Positions 50,301 through 62,420 of a DNA stretch of 64,000 bases are shown piece by piece. How positions within the stretch are numbered: the first letter of the stretch is position 1; each line of letters opens with the position of its first letter. The notes beneath the pieces were generated by a model. It did no database searches, was not told the DNA's origin, and was given only the letters and a program-made list of their open reading frames with translations. Position numbers and translations under genes: made by a program. The stretch spans positions 13,682,387 through 13,746,386 of the forward strand of contig CP154954.1 of NCBI GenBank assembly GCA_039621445.1, given 5' to 3'. Origin of the DNA: Euglena gracilis. Lineage: Eukaryota.

Positions 50301-52861
50301 CCGAGAATCCGACGACGAGGACCCTCGATGGCATCACCGTAATCCGGTGGCAGGCTTTCCATTCCAGGCCTATCGTCCTGGGGGTCACGGAGATGTATAT
50401 ACACCTCCATGACATAGGTAGTCCAGGCTCGCCACCAGAACTGCTGCAGCATAAAAATACGCTGCTTGTGGACGCGGCGACTTTTGCCCTGGACATCCGG
50501 GGCGTCGCGGCACACATGCATAAGCATGCGGCGTCCCATCTCCAGGCCCGGGTTATCCCGAGGCGGTGGAGGACTTCCGCGCACGCCGAATCCCCAGAAG
50601 TCGACAGGAAATTCCTGCCGGCAGTACTTACAGCAGAGGTCATACCTCTGCGGGTAAGCCAGGGAAACACGCTTAACGCGGAAGGTGGAGCCGTAATGGC
50701 TCACCAGCCACACCTGGAGGTTGTTGCACCACAACACCTCGATCAGGCGTTCGATGTCGGGGTGTAGTGGGTAGAATTCCCACTGCACGCCGAGGGGTCC
50801 GACTGTATGAATACAGTCGAAGACTGCCTTCAGCCTTCGGGCCAACACACGCTGGTCCCGAAAACCCAACTGGTGCAGGTAACTGCGACCAGTGGAATCG
50901 CTGAAGAGACCCCAGTTCTGGCAGGGGTATCCCAGCCAAAACCAGAGCTCCCAGAAACCTGGCTGGGCATCCAGCAAGGGTCTGCCACCTTCACCTTCGA
51001 AGGCGTACAGATCTATTCCGTAATGGAATAGTCTGACTCGGTTCTCGGTGTGGCGTAATACCACATCGATGACTGCTTGTGGAGGGGTGACGGGGCGGTT
51101 TCCTGCAACATGGTAATCATGCTGCATTCGCCAGCCTTCGTCCTCCAGCTCCTCCTTGAACCTGAGCATATGCTCAAAGTCCGAGAGGACTTCTGCTGGT
51201 TCTTCTTCTTCCTCACGTGCTGTTCCCTTACCTTTACCCTCACCCTTCCCTTTGCCGGCCACGCCTTTGCCTTCTCCCTTGCCTTTGCCTTCGGCCTTGC
51301 CGGCGTCCTTTCCTGTATGGCGAATACCAGAGGGTCGGGCGCTCGGTGCCGCAGGAGTCGGTTCGGTTCCTTCCCATTCCATCTCTGGGGAGGGACCTGG
51401 CCGCTCCGCTGCACGTCGCGGTGATGGCGTGGCTGGGCGTTGGTGAGGAGTCTGGCGTGGGCTTGGCTTCGACGCGGGGGGTCGCGGCTCCTTCCATACC
51501 GGAGGGATCGGCGGTGGCATTGCGGCAACAGGACGGCTCATCGCCACCTGTGCCTCTGCCGGTGGTCGTCCAGCCGGGGTATCCTGGCTGGCTTCCACCT
51601 GCATCGCCACACCGCCTTCCGCGTCCCGTGGGCTGGATCACCTGGGCTGTGGGGTAAGGTTCTCCGTAGTCCGGTCGCGCTTCAGGGTGGCAGGTAATAC
51701 TGCCACACCTGCCGGGGGCTCACCGGGTAATACCGGGGTTGCCACCCGCAGCTGCGGCTGGTACGGATGGTATGGGGTGTATCCACGGCCCTGAAGGGCA
51801 GCCAGAGAGGAGTAATACCTCGTCCGGTGCTTTTCAGACGCGAATACTGGCTCCTGCAGGAAGTGCCGAGCAAGCTCATCCTGCTCGGTTCCCGGAGGTG
51901 CCATGTGATAGTAGGGAGTCTCCTGCCGACGGGGGATATCCCCAGTCTGGACAGGAGCTGCACTGGGCGGTCGAGCTGCCTCACGGTGGGGAGGTTCATC
52001 CTCCACCACTATGGGCTCCGCCTGCCGCCGTGGCTCAACGCCAGGGACAGGGGCGACCGATGATGCTTGTGGCATCCAGTGCATGAACATGTGTTGGACG
52101 TATGCCTCAGGGGGCACGTCCGACTGTCCGGCTGGGAGCACGCGTGCGCCGCGCGGGTAATCCGCGTGCGTCGCGTACCGCGAGACAAATTGCTCCGCTG
52201 GCGGCTCGCGCGGCGGCATGCGCTGCGGCGAGGGCGGGCGAGCAAAAATTCTCGTCATCCCAGGTGGGACATGCACAGCCTCACCTACCGGTGGGGGCGT
52301 GTGCTCACGCATATGCACGGTGTGGGATCCCACCGGCGTCTGCGTTTGCAGCATGGGCGGCACATACACGCCCAGGTCCATCATGGTCTCGCCAGGCTCG
52401 AATCCGGAATCGGATGCCGACGAGAAATACCGTCTCCCCGTCATCAGGGCTTGACCACAGGGACACCACTGAGCCACAGGGGTGTTGGCTACTACCAACA
52501 ACTGAGCACAGTATGCATCCCAAAGGGCTTGCATAAAGGGCTCCGTTGGGGGGTGTGCGCACATACGCATCGCCCGCTCCAACGTCTCCGTAGTGCGGAA
52601 GATCATCTCTCCCGCATACGGGGGCAGGCGCGATCTGCGCTGCGCTGGTGGCTGAGGTGCCGGCTGCTGGACGGCAGATGGATCTGGTACCGCATATGCG
52701 GACCGGCTGCTGGTAGCCGCGGCGACTACCGGGGCTGAAACCCTCTCAGCATGTGGGGCACCCGGAATCGGGGCCTCAGCATACTGAGGGTACTGGGGGT
52801 ATGGCGCGCCAGAAGGCTGCGGCCATGGTGGACCTGGTCCAGGTCCGCGCCCAGGCAGCAT
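47345..52861 (-). pseudogene. Accessory ORF of unknown function, ~1,840 codons in one frame with two internal stops
   Basis: ORFs 51638-52861, 50033-51610 and 47345-49654 share a frame; the gaps are open apart from TGA 51638 and TAG 50033. Confidence 0.8.
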
Positions 52862-52928
52862 GATGCTACCCGAACGACGACGACAACGAAGGGTAACCTT
52901 GTTGTCTGTCGCTTTGAGTGCTGGTGCA

Positions 52929-52991
52929 CTGAAAAAGGTAGGCTTCTATCTTAATCAAAAACTCTGCGAGAAAGGTAGAGAAATAAAGAAG
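52929..52991 (-). promoter_or_regulatory. Candidate splice acceptors for the accessory ORF
   Basis: Minus strand CTTCTTTATTTCTCTACCTTTCTCGCAG and CCTACCTTTTTCAG upstream of ATG 52861. Confidence 0.55.
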
Positions 52992-53058
52992 TGCAGGGGG
53001 GGGGTATAAACGCGAAACATTCACATAAAACACACACATTCTCCAAAACGAAATCGTT

Positions 53059-53457
53059 TCAGAAAGTGTTTATGTTTATGTCTATATTATTGCGCTTGTT
53101 CCACAGCTTCCAATCCTGCTGGATATATCCAACAAAACTGGATGCTGGCTCCCAAGTGTCCTCCTCTGGCCCATACCCTTTCCAGCGAACTTTCCAGTAG
53201 TGCACACCCCTGTCGACCTTGTGGTCTATTATCTTATCGACCACAAAGTCGTCCGTTTCAGGTAATCTGGAACGGGGCTTGAAATATAGGCAGGGGATAG
53301 CTTTTCCGTCTGGGGGGCTTAGGTACGGTTTGAAGTCGTCCATATGGACGTCCTCAATCCCGTTGGGCAAGGCAACTTTATATCGCCCGCTACTACCTAA
53401 CCTCTCCAAAATTTCGCATGGGCCGAGCCAAAGAGGATCTAGCTTGGAAGACTGCAT
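53059..53457 (-). pseudogene. Integrase C-terminus (GPY/F-like) and chromodomain
   Basis: [12 protein letters not shown]...[19 protein letters not shown]...[18 protein letters not shown]. Confidence 0.92.
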
Positions 53458-53558
53458 GCGGGTGCGGTTATTCCGTACCCACCTGGACTATACACAGGTG
53501 TGTTGAAGTTCTGTAAAAAAGATTTCCGTTTGTTGAAATGAATTTCTGTGATACGTGA

Positions 53559-54416
53559 TTAGACTGCAGAGCGGAGTAATTCCACTTCTGCAAACCACGT
53601 TTCACAGCTGACGCTACTTCGGGCGGGTCTCTCCGAGGGGATATCCCCTATGGCCGGAGGGTCTCGTCCGAAAACAATTTTGTACGGTGAGTGTGGTAAT
53701 ACCAACCCTGGCAAGGTATTGATGTAAAATAAACACCAATGAAGAACGGATAACCAATTCTTACCCGAGTCAGCCAGTGAAAGGCGAAGCATATTGACAA
53801 CGAATTTCACGGCTGCCTCGGCTCTACCATTGCCTTTCAGGCGGTATATAATGGAAAAATGCTGCTCAATGCCGAGTAAACCGCACAAAGTTGTGAAAAA
53901 CCGCGAAGAGATCAAGTGATCTTGATCACTCACGATTTCGTTCGGTAAACCCATTAAGCAGATACATCTCTCCAGGAATATGGATGCCAAAATTTGGGCT
54001 GTCAACCCTGCTTTCCGGCATGGAATGGCTACTATGTACTCACTCAGCCGACAGACGACAACAAAAACGTAATCGTAAATTTGGTCATCTGATCCTTTGC
54101 AAGGTTCAAGTTCGAGAAAATCCATGCAGAGGGACGTCAAAATGTCTGGTGGTACGGGGAAAAAGTCCATCGTACCAGGGGGGGTACCTCCGCGCGGTTT
54201 CACAGCCTGGCTAATTTGGCACCGTTGCGAAATTCGCAAACAGCGCGAATATAAATCTTTTTCACTCAGGGTTGTGCAATATCTGCGACCCACTAGTGAA
54301 AGAAGTTTGGGGGCCCCAGGGTGACCATGGTTGTGATAGCTCAAAATCACATCATCAACCAGGTCTTGGGGTATACAATATTTATAACCAGATTCATTCC
54401 GGAAAATAAGTCGCAA
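53559..54416 (-). pseudogene. Gypsy integrase core
   Basis: HNHGHPG zinc finger (second Cys changed to Ser), MDF, IVSDQD, GNGRAE. Confidence 0.92.
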
Positions 54417-54436
54417 TGGTGATAGAGAGTAATTCT

Positions 54437-56110
54437 CTATGGGTTCAGTCGATTCACAATGGTACTATATATAGGGTCACGCGAATAATCCCATTCGCGG
54501 AAAAATAGGGGGGTAGGAGTTTCTGTACGCGTAATGCGACGGGGTCCGGCAGTGTGTCCACGCCGGCGCCTTCCACGCAATGGTGAAATGGCGATGCTGC
54601 GATATACCCGGGAAACGGGTAGTGAATCGAGCATGTTGTCCGCAGCGTCGGATCGACGTGCGAACTGGTCAGCCTCATGGCTGCCATGAAAAGTCGCATC
54701 ACCCTCATCCGGGTTCCCAGGATAATACCAGGGGGCTCGGCTGAGAGGATCCGCAACTTTTTGCGTGTGACCTGGGGTATAGATAACCACCAGGTTAAAC
54801 TGGCTCAAGAACTCATGCCATCGGCATCTTCTGCCCACTGATGACATGGCCTTGTTCAGGTCCTCGGTACACCAGTGTTGAAGGCTCTCATGATCCGTCA
54901 ACACAAGTATCTGGACCAAGCTGCTGGCTATCCAGCTGCGGAATTTCTGGAGAATAAGCACAATGGCATATGTCTCCTTTTCGCGAATGCTCCATTTAAC
55001 CTGTCCTTTCCCGTTGTCGCCCTGTAGCTTCCTGCTGAAGAAAGCCACAGGTCGGAGCTCATTTGCCGCATTATGCTGGCTAAGAACTCCGCCAACAGCG
55101 TAATCGCTGCTGTCGACCTCCAGGACATACGGTTTATATGGATCCGCGATATCGAGAACCACGTTCTCGAGGAGCAAGTCCTTGATTTTATTCAAGGCCT
55201 CGCGCATTTGGTCATCCCAAATGACTTTTGCGTTATCGGGTGTCCGATTTTTGAGTTGTCGGGTTAGGGGTACCGCGATTTTCGCGAAATCTTTCATGTA
55301 AATCGCGTAATATTGGGCTAATCCCAAAAATCCCTTTAAATGCGTTAAGGTCTTAATGACCTCAGGAGTCCATTTCTTAATGGCCTCCATCTTACTGGGT
55401 GCGGCTTTACGCTGCCCGTTGCTCAGGATATGCCCGCAAAACTTAATAATTTTGCGAAACAGGTGCATTTTGGAACCCTTCACAAAAAGCAAATGCTTTT
55501 TGAACGCGGATAATACCGCCCGCACATCGCGATAATGCGGTTCGAGGATATCCTCGCCCGATTTCGCGGATGGCGGTTGGGTTCCCACCAGTACATCATC
55601 GATGTACACCAGAGCAAACGGTAAATCGCGCAAAACCCACTGGATCATGCGTTGAAATATGGCTGGGCCATTCTTAACACCCATGGGGAGTACCGTCCAT
55701 TGGTACACACCCTTGGATGTCACGAATGCCGTGTACGGTTGCGAATCAGGATGCAAATGCATCTGATGGAAGCCGTCTTCCAGATCAAAGATTGACCACA
55801 ACCGGTTATCCGATTGTTTGGTGATCAAATCCTCGATCAGCGGTAACGGGAAGGGGTCATCCTTCGTTTGGGAGTTCATATACCGGTAATCAAGCACTAG
55901 TCTCCACTTTTTCTGACCAGACTGGTCAGCGGGTTTGGGCACCACAAAAGCTTGTGATGTCCACTCGCTCTTGGAAGGGATAATTCACTTCCGCTGGATG
56001 AGCTTCTCAATCATCTCGTTGAGAGCTTGTTCGCGTTCACCCGAACAACGGAAAATTTTCCGGTGCATGGGTTTAGCGCCATCCTTGAGCTCGATTTTGC
56101 AAACACCGAA
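54437..56110 (-). pseudogene. Gypsy reverse transcriptase - RNase H
   Basis: WRLVLDYRYMN, FDLEDGFHQM, LPMGVKNGPAIFQ, YIDDVLV, VDSSDYAVGGVL, EKETYAIV, TDHESL; in-frame TGA at 55985. Confidence 0.95.
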
Positions 56111-56319
56111 CGGCCCGCGAATCGCGGGGTCGATGTCGCAGGCGTAAACTGGATTATCCAGTACACCATGGAATTCACGAGTAATTCGCGAACAATAGTC
56201 AGCAGACTTGGAGTGTTGGTCCGCACTCTCAATGACCGCAGAAATCTGCGTTGAGGGTGTGGCATCCCCATCCGTACCAAGGTGTCTTGGCACACGCACA
56301 TCGGATATTCCGAATGCGT

Positions 56320-56730
56320 CAAAGAAACAAACGCGAAAAATGATTTCTTTAACCGGTGGTAATAATATACCACAAAAATCCTCAAATAGTGGTACATCAG
56401 CGGGGAAATTCCACCAATGGAAACACACATAGGATAATTGGTGAAACCAATCCGCATTCGGATTGACGGGTATGAGGAGAGCTCCTCGCGCTTCATCGCG
56501 GAGGATTTTCTCCACCACATCCGGGATAAGTTTTGGGGGAGGGTGCATCCAGAGCACCGTATCACCCCAAAATTTTAGAAATGCGTTGGAATGTCGCGAC
56601 CAATATCGCGACAAGCGCGCATGCGCTTTTGATGAAAACGCATCAATTTCTAACGACAATTCGAAGGAATCAGCCAAAACCGCGATTTTGGAGAACCATT
56701 CCTCCAAAATACGGTATTGACCAAAGTTAA
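56320..56730 (-). CDS. Dam-like (N6-adenine) DNA methyltransferase domain inside Gypsy pol
   Basis: QYRI...IDAFSSKAHARLSRYWS..NAFLKFWGDTVLWMHPPPKLIPDVVEKIL...ALLIPVNPNADWF is colinear with the DIRS MT at 39715-40160. Confidence 0.8.
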
Positions 56731-57569
56731 AGGCGTTCCATACGCGCATCGCGTAGGTGTCGACCTGGTTCGCGGGCTGAAGAGCGGTAACGCAATTCAG
56801 GGATCCGCAAACATAGGTCAAGGGTGTGTCATCCACACTCCCTAGGGGCATTCCCGAGGGTTGATGGGTTGGATGGGTGTATACCCAATCCATATCATGC
56901 CAGATGGAATTGGGGGAGGTGTGTGACACGGATTTCGCGGTCCCAAACAACAAGGCAATACCTCGTTGTTGGAGCACTTGATGTACGGTCGCGCATTGTG
57001 ATCCGCAACCAAGTGTATGGTTACGCGAAATCGGGATTAGTGTTGGTGTTTGGACTAGACATCCACAATCGAAATCTGGCTGGGCGGAAATTCTCCTACA
57101 GTGCACACATTGGAAGGAAGTGTCGGAGTAGTGGTCCTGGTCGCGCATGTTGGTCTGGTGAGGGTGTGTGTAAAAGTTGGGATGCGCTTTTGAAGCTGCT
57201 GGGGGGTGTACAGATGTATCTGAAAGCGATACATCTGCTGGAAAACGGGGTATTGATGCAGCTGGGCGACTACTCGACACCGTGATCACTTCAGGCCTTT
57301 GGGCTTTCGTCTTGTAACCCAGTGAAACGAGGGGGGTACCGCTACTCGCTTGCCCTGCCTCATGGGGAACGGAAGTTGGTGTGTCTACGGGCAGGGGGTG
57401 AACTTTCTCGGTACACCCGGTGTAGAAAACGTTGGTTGGTGTGGTTGGTAACGGGGTAAAAGTTTTCGAAAACGGTGTGGAAAAATTGGTGGTCGTCGCG
57501 GTTGACGCCACAGGTGATGAAGGTTTGGGGGGCAATGAAGAGAATGGTGATGTGCGCAAACCGTGGGAG

Positions 57570-57930
57570 TGGCAATCCACTACCAGACGGTGCTGACGTA
57601 AAAAGGGGTATCCCAGAATTACGTCAGAACCATGGATTCCGGATTCATATCCTCAGGTATCCGGAAAATTTTGCGGTTGGGGGGGGTGTGAGTGGTGCTT
57701 GGGGATGAGGGGTAGGACAATGTCCAAAAAGCATCCCAAGTCACCACCGCACATGGGGGTGTTGTCAGCCGTCGTAATTTTGATCGGCTTCTTGGCTTTC
57801 ACCAAAAGGGGGGTTGGTATCAACCCGAACCGAAAAAGTAGTGCAATGCGACAACCAGTGTCAATGAGAATTTTGACTTTTTCACAAAAATTTTGGATTT
57901 TGATTTCTGCTTGGACCAAAAGTTCCATGG
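57570..57930 (-). pseudogene. Aspartic protease
   Basis: KILIDTGC...ITTADN...(TGA 57653)...DVILGYPFL, in frame with the MT and RT. Confidence 0.88.
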
Positions 57931-58197
57931 GGGGTAAGCAAAGTGAAGGGTCTGGCGAAAATACGTTTTCTTGCCAGCTTTCCCATGAACCCTTTCCTAC
58001 TTTGCACAACATTCCGAGCGGAAAGTTGGAGTGGGGGGTGGGGGACCCGAAAATATTCCGGGTACCGACCAGAAAGGCAGATGGGCCTGGGGGGCAGGGT
58101 TGATCAGGTCCTACCTCCATCTGTTCATCAGCCCAGAGGTCCGTGCCCTCGGACCTCGGGCTCCCCTACTCCAGGTCCGAACCGGCCGAATAGGCGG

Positions 58198-61100
58198 CTA
58201 TGGGCCTTTTAGAGTATAAACGTATTTCAACGTGCGCACCGCCATGCGGGCCTCGTCGAAATCGGTATCCGTGGTCTCATCCCCCTCCCTGCCCGAAGCC
58301 GGGGTGTCATCCTCCAAACAAGATATCTTGAAACCGACTTTATGGCGGTTGGAGGAGTGACCCTTGTCACCGCGATTCATACCGCGATGACGTTGGCCAG
58401 GGCGGGGAGAACGAGAACGCGGACATTTGGATGAGTGGTGATCACTCGATCCACAAAGCGAACACCGCGATTTGTGTCGCGATTCTGAGTAACGGGGGGA
58501 TCGGTTTCCCGATTTCCCGTCAAACCGTCGTGGTGACCGGGTATCCCGTAGACCATGACCGGTGTGTCGGGGTTTTCCCGATGAGGATCGCGAAGAAGAT
58601 GATCCGCTTCGCGAACGCGATCGCGATGTCTCGCGATGAGAATCATGCTTCTTGGCCGGGGCACCGGGTGACCTACCCCGAGGGGTACCGTGTTTCCGCT
58701 CATCGCGGAACGGGATCCGGGGGCTAATACCACCGGAACGGGGACCCGATGACCGTGAATTGCCCGATTGGCGTGAAAACGCGGAGGAACCCGAACCTCG
58801 TGATGAGGTCGAGCCTCGCGGACTCTGAATACGCTTACGCGCTTCAGGATTAGGACATTCCCGAGACATATGTCCCGATTTGTTGCACAAAAAGCACACT
58901 TTATCCGTGGCTTGGTCCGAAGAACGCGGGTATCGCGTTTTCGATCCCGTGTTTGGTGAAGTGGGTGAAACCGGTGATTTTTGCAACGCGTTCACCGAAC
59001 CAGCCGGTAATCCAGCGGTTGGGTGTGCGTTATACGCGGATTTAATCTGACCAAGAAGCTGTGATAGCTTCAATTGCTTGGAAACGTAGTTCCAGCGTTG
59101 GTCAAGAGTCATTGGATGACTCGCCAACTCCTCACGGTGGATATCCTTGATGAGGCTAGGCGTGAAATGCATGAGAACAGCATCAAACTGTTCGCGCATT
59201 TGCTTTTCACTGAGTTCATCCACTTCAGCGGCAAGTCCTTACCATTTGGCATACCAAAGGTCAGTGGACTTCCACTTGCGGTCGGGTGGGGCGCCTTGCC
59301 GCCACTTGGTCTCCAGGGTAATCCTAGCGACCAAACTTGAACTGGTGGAAGCGTATTGCTCCACCAGGTCATCAAAGGAAACGCGGTAGCGAATCACGAG
59401 TTGTCGCGCGCGTTCCTTCTCATCCCTTGGGAGGCAATCGATGAATTCCATCTTGATCACCTCCGGGTTTGTGTCCTGGGTTGGCCCTTTTAATGCCCAG
59501 TAATACTCCGAGTCCCGGAAAAACTGTCTCCATGTGGTTGGATCACCATCCCACTGGGGTTTCACCTTATTCGCGATTGCGATGGTGCCCTTGAAGTCTT
59601 TCTGAGAAACCCAATGACCCTCGGTGGTATTCCGCGGTTTTGGGCCTGGGTACGGTCGAGCACCAAGCGTATCCTTTCCGGATTCTTGTCGGAATCGCAA
59701 AATTTCTGGTGAAGGTGAATCCTGGTATCGGAAATCCGGTCGCAAACCCTGTTGGTCACCCGTAATACGGGGACTCTCCGGTGTGGGGGTATGTCGCGCA
59801 TGCAACGTGTGACCCACTCCCGGTGTACGGGTTTGGCTCATTCCACGCACAAGCATGGAATGATGGATTTCTTGGTGGGGAATTGGCGGAATCGCCGTGT
59901 TTTCCGCAAATTCGGTTCCCGTAATGGGAAATTCATCCGAAAACTGGGTTTGGGTTGTGGACAAGGCCAATTGTGGCACAATTCGCGGAATCGCGGAATG
60001 TGACACTCGGGACACGGGTGGTGGTGGTGCATGTGCACCCAGAGCCGGGTTATGGGAACGCGACTCTGGAACATTTGGCGCATCTTCGGCAATGCATACT
60101 GCCGAATTGCGGTGTGAAACCTGCTGTTGGTTGGACACAATATCCAAACCCACAGACAAGTCATGCACACTTTGCTCCAAATGCTCAACGAGTTGGAGTT
60201 GGCCGCAAATACGGTCAACTTCGTCCTCCAAAGCGCGAATACGCTTGCGGTAACGGGAAAAGTCATCCAAGTGCGGAATCCTTTCGGAAATTCCGGTAAC
60301 ATCTTGGACAAGTTTCCCGTGAGACTTATCCAATAAATGGAGTTGTCCCATTAATGCTTTTACAGCATTTGAGAGAATCTGCAAAGGTGATGTCACCTTG
60401 GTTGGTGTGGTGGTGGGTGCAACCGGTGCAGGGTTATCCGACAACACGGTTGTGGTACCCATGGACAAATTTCCGGGTTGTGGCTTATCCAGAAACGCGG
60501 AAATTCGCTCATCCAACCTGGTAATCTCACTTTGCGTGGATCGGGCATTCCGATTCACCGATTCCTCAAGCCGTAATAGGCTGTTGCAAAAATCTTGCAA
60601 GGTTTCCTGATTGTTAGTGAGCATTCTGTCATAAAATGCCTTGAAATCAGGGTTCTCGGTAATCCGAGAACTGGAACCTGCAGGTAGAGACTGCATTTCC
60701 GTTACTTTGGTAGACACCGATGCATACCGGGTCTGGAGTTCCCCAATAGCAGTCTGAATATCGCTAATGTCCGGAACTCGGTGGGAAAGTGCGGAATAGC
60801 TTTGTTGCAAACCCGCAATGGCCGAGTTAATCCCGCCAATGTCGGATTGCAACTGCAACTGCAGGGAATCCTGCCGTTGTGCTACTTCCGCTACTTTCGC
60901 GCTCAGATTGGATAATCCAACCTGATTCGCGTCACAATAGCAGGTTTTCTGCTCCAAACGGGAAAGTCGCTCCTCCAACTGCCGCACATACGTGTGGGGA
61001 GCAAAATTCTCGTTTGCTTGTGACTGGAATTGCCGAAACTTTTCCGTTTCATCGCACAACTGCATAATGCGGTGTTGCGATTCATGGAAAGTTGCGGACA

Positions 61101-62141
61101 ATGTGGTGAAATGGTCCATAGACACAAATCCACCACTGCTGGATGTTGCAGACGAGGGATCTCGTGCATGCAACTGTTGTTGCAAATGCGACAACGCGGA
61201 TAAACAGGACTCCATTTGTCCCGATAAATATTGTAGTGAGTCATGCAAGTGCAGAAACTTGGAGTCATTCCGGGTTTCCGCTTCATGCATGCATTCACTA
61301 ATTTGCCGGAAGTTTTGCGGGAGTTGTTGGCACATTTTGTCAAAGGTTTCCTGAAAGTTTGCAAGGTCAATACCCGCACTTTCGAAATTCCTCTGACAAT
61401 ATTTGCCAACTTCCTGCAAGTAATTCCAGAAGTATTCCAGCTTGGTGAAGACATGTTTTTGGTTGTCCTCATCAAACTGGAGCACTTTGTTGAGTGCGGT
61501 TGCACAATCTGCAACGCATTGTTGCACATGGTTGAACTGCTTCACAAGGGGGTGATCCCCTGCAAGCCGAGCAACGATATCCTGCACATCCTCAGCAGTG
61601 AGGAGCTCCCCAGTTCCCTTCCCATAGCCATCCATGGGTTGGGACGTACCAGAGAATTCTGGTACCACTAGGCGAGTCTCCGGTTGCCAAGGTAGTGCGG
61701 GATAGCACCCAAGATCGGGTGGTGGTGGCAAAGCTCTGTAAGGGCTTGCCGGTGGAAGAGCGGGTGGTGGTTGAAAGAAACAGGTGTTTCTAGCCCACCA
61801 TCACCAGAGAAGCCCAGTGGCGGAATCACCACGGGTCTCTCCGGTGTGCGCAGCTGCACCATTGCCGCAGACAGAGGCGAATACCCCCGTTGTGGCAAGG
61901 TGCGTGCGGAAGAGGCCGCATTAGCCTCTGAAGCCAATGATGTGGAGGGCTCATCGCCGACCACCGTCAATGATGACAAGTGTTGCAATTGTGACAATTG
62001 AACCAATTGTGCCTCATCGGCGTGGGAACTGGAAGCACTTTCACATAAAAGCTTCCAATCCCCATTTTCTTGGTCAATATCTTGCAATGATGCCTGTAAT
62101 AAGGCATAGTTGAATTGATGGTTGGGGCCTGTGCTTTGCAT
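58198..62141 (-). pseudogene. Very long gag: coiled coil, capsid-like region, two CCHC knuckles
   Basis: ATG 62141; frameshift ~61735; heptad-rich region; KPQWDGDPTTWRQF; in-frame TAA 59239; CFLCNKSGHMSREC and CSLCGSSDHHSSKC. Confidence 0.85.
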
Positions 62142-62330
62142 CTTTCTGATGACAAAAACAGCAAAAACCCACAAAACTAAGCAGTTGTGCTGGCACCAGA
62201 GGGGCTGTAACGGGTAATACCGAACAGAACCTTCCGGAGCCTGCTCGTCTGCTTAGACGTTGACTAGAAGCCGGGAGCTGACGCTGCGACCGTGTAATAA
62301 CGGTGCAGGGGATCTCCGCTGCCAGTCAGC

Positions 62331-62420
62331 GTAGGATCGAACAAATCTGCTACCAAGTGTAATACCTGGTAGCCTTTCTGTTTGTGAAGTGTGTATAGGA
62401 TCGTAACCAATCTGCTACCA
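62331..62420 (-). promoter_or_regulatory. Two primer-binding sites complementary to initiator tRNA-Met
   Basis: TGGTAGCAGA at 62411-62420 and 62346-62355, each followed by CGATCCTA (complement of the initiator T-arm GGAUCG). Confidence 0.85.

Noticed and set aside
47345-52861. Calling the accessory ORF an env gene
   Set aside because: No evident signal peptide, furin site or transmembrane anchor.
50033-57655. Stop-codon reassignment (TGA/TAG = Trp)
   Set aside because: All three stop types and frameshifts occur in the elements, TGG is used normally, and the host gene ends in TGA. Mutational decay is simpler.
62331-62420. tRNA gene
   Set aside because: Only the T-arm and 3' end resemble tRNAi-Met, with no cloverleaf. 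The position next to the LTR identifies it as PBS.
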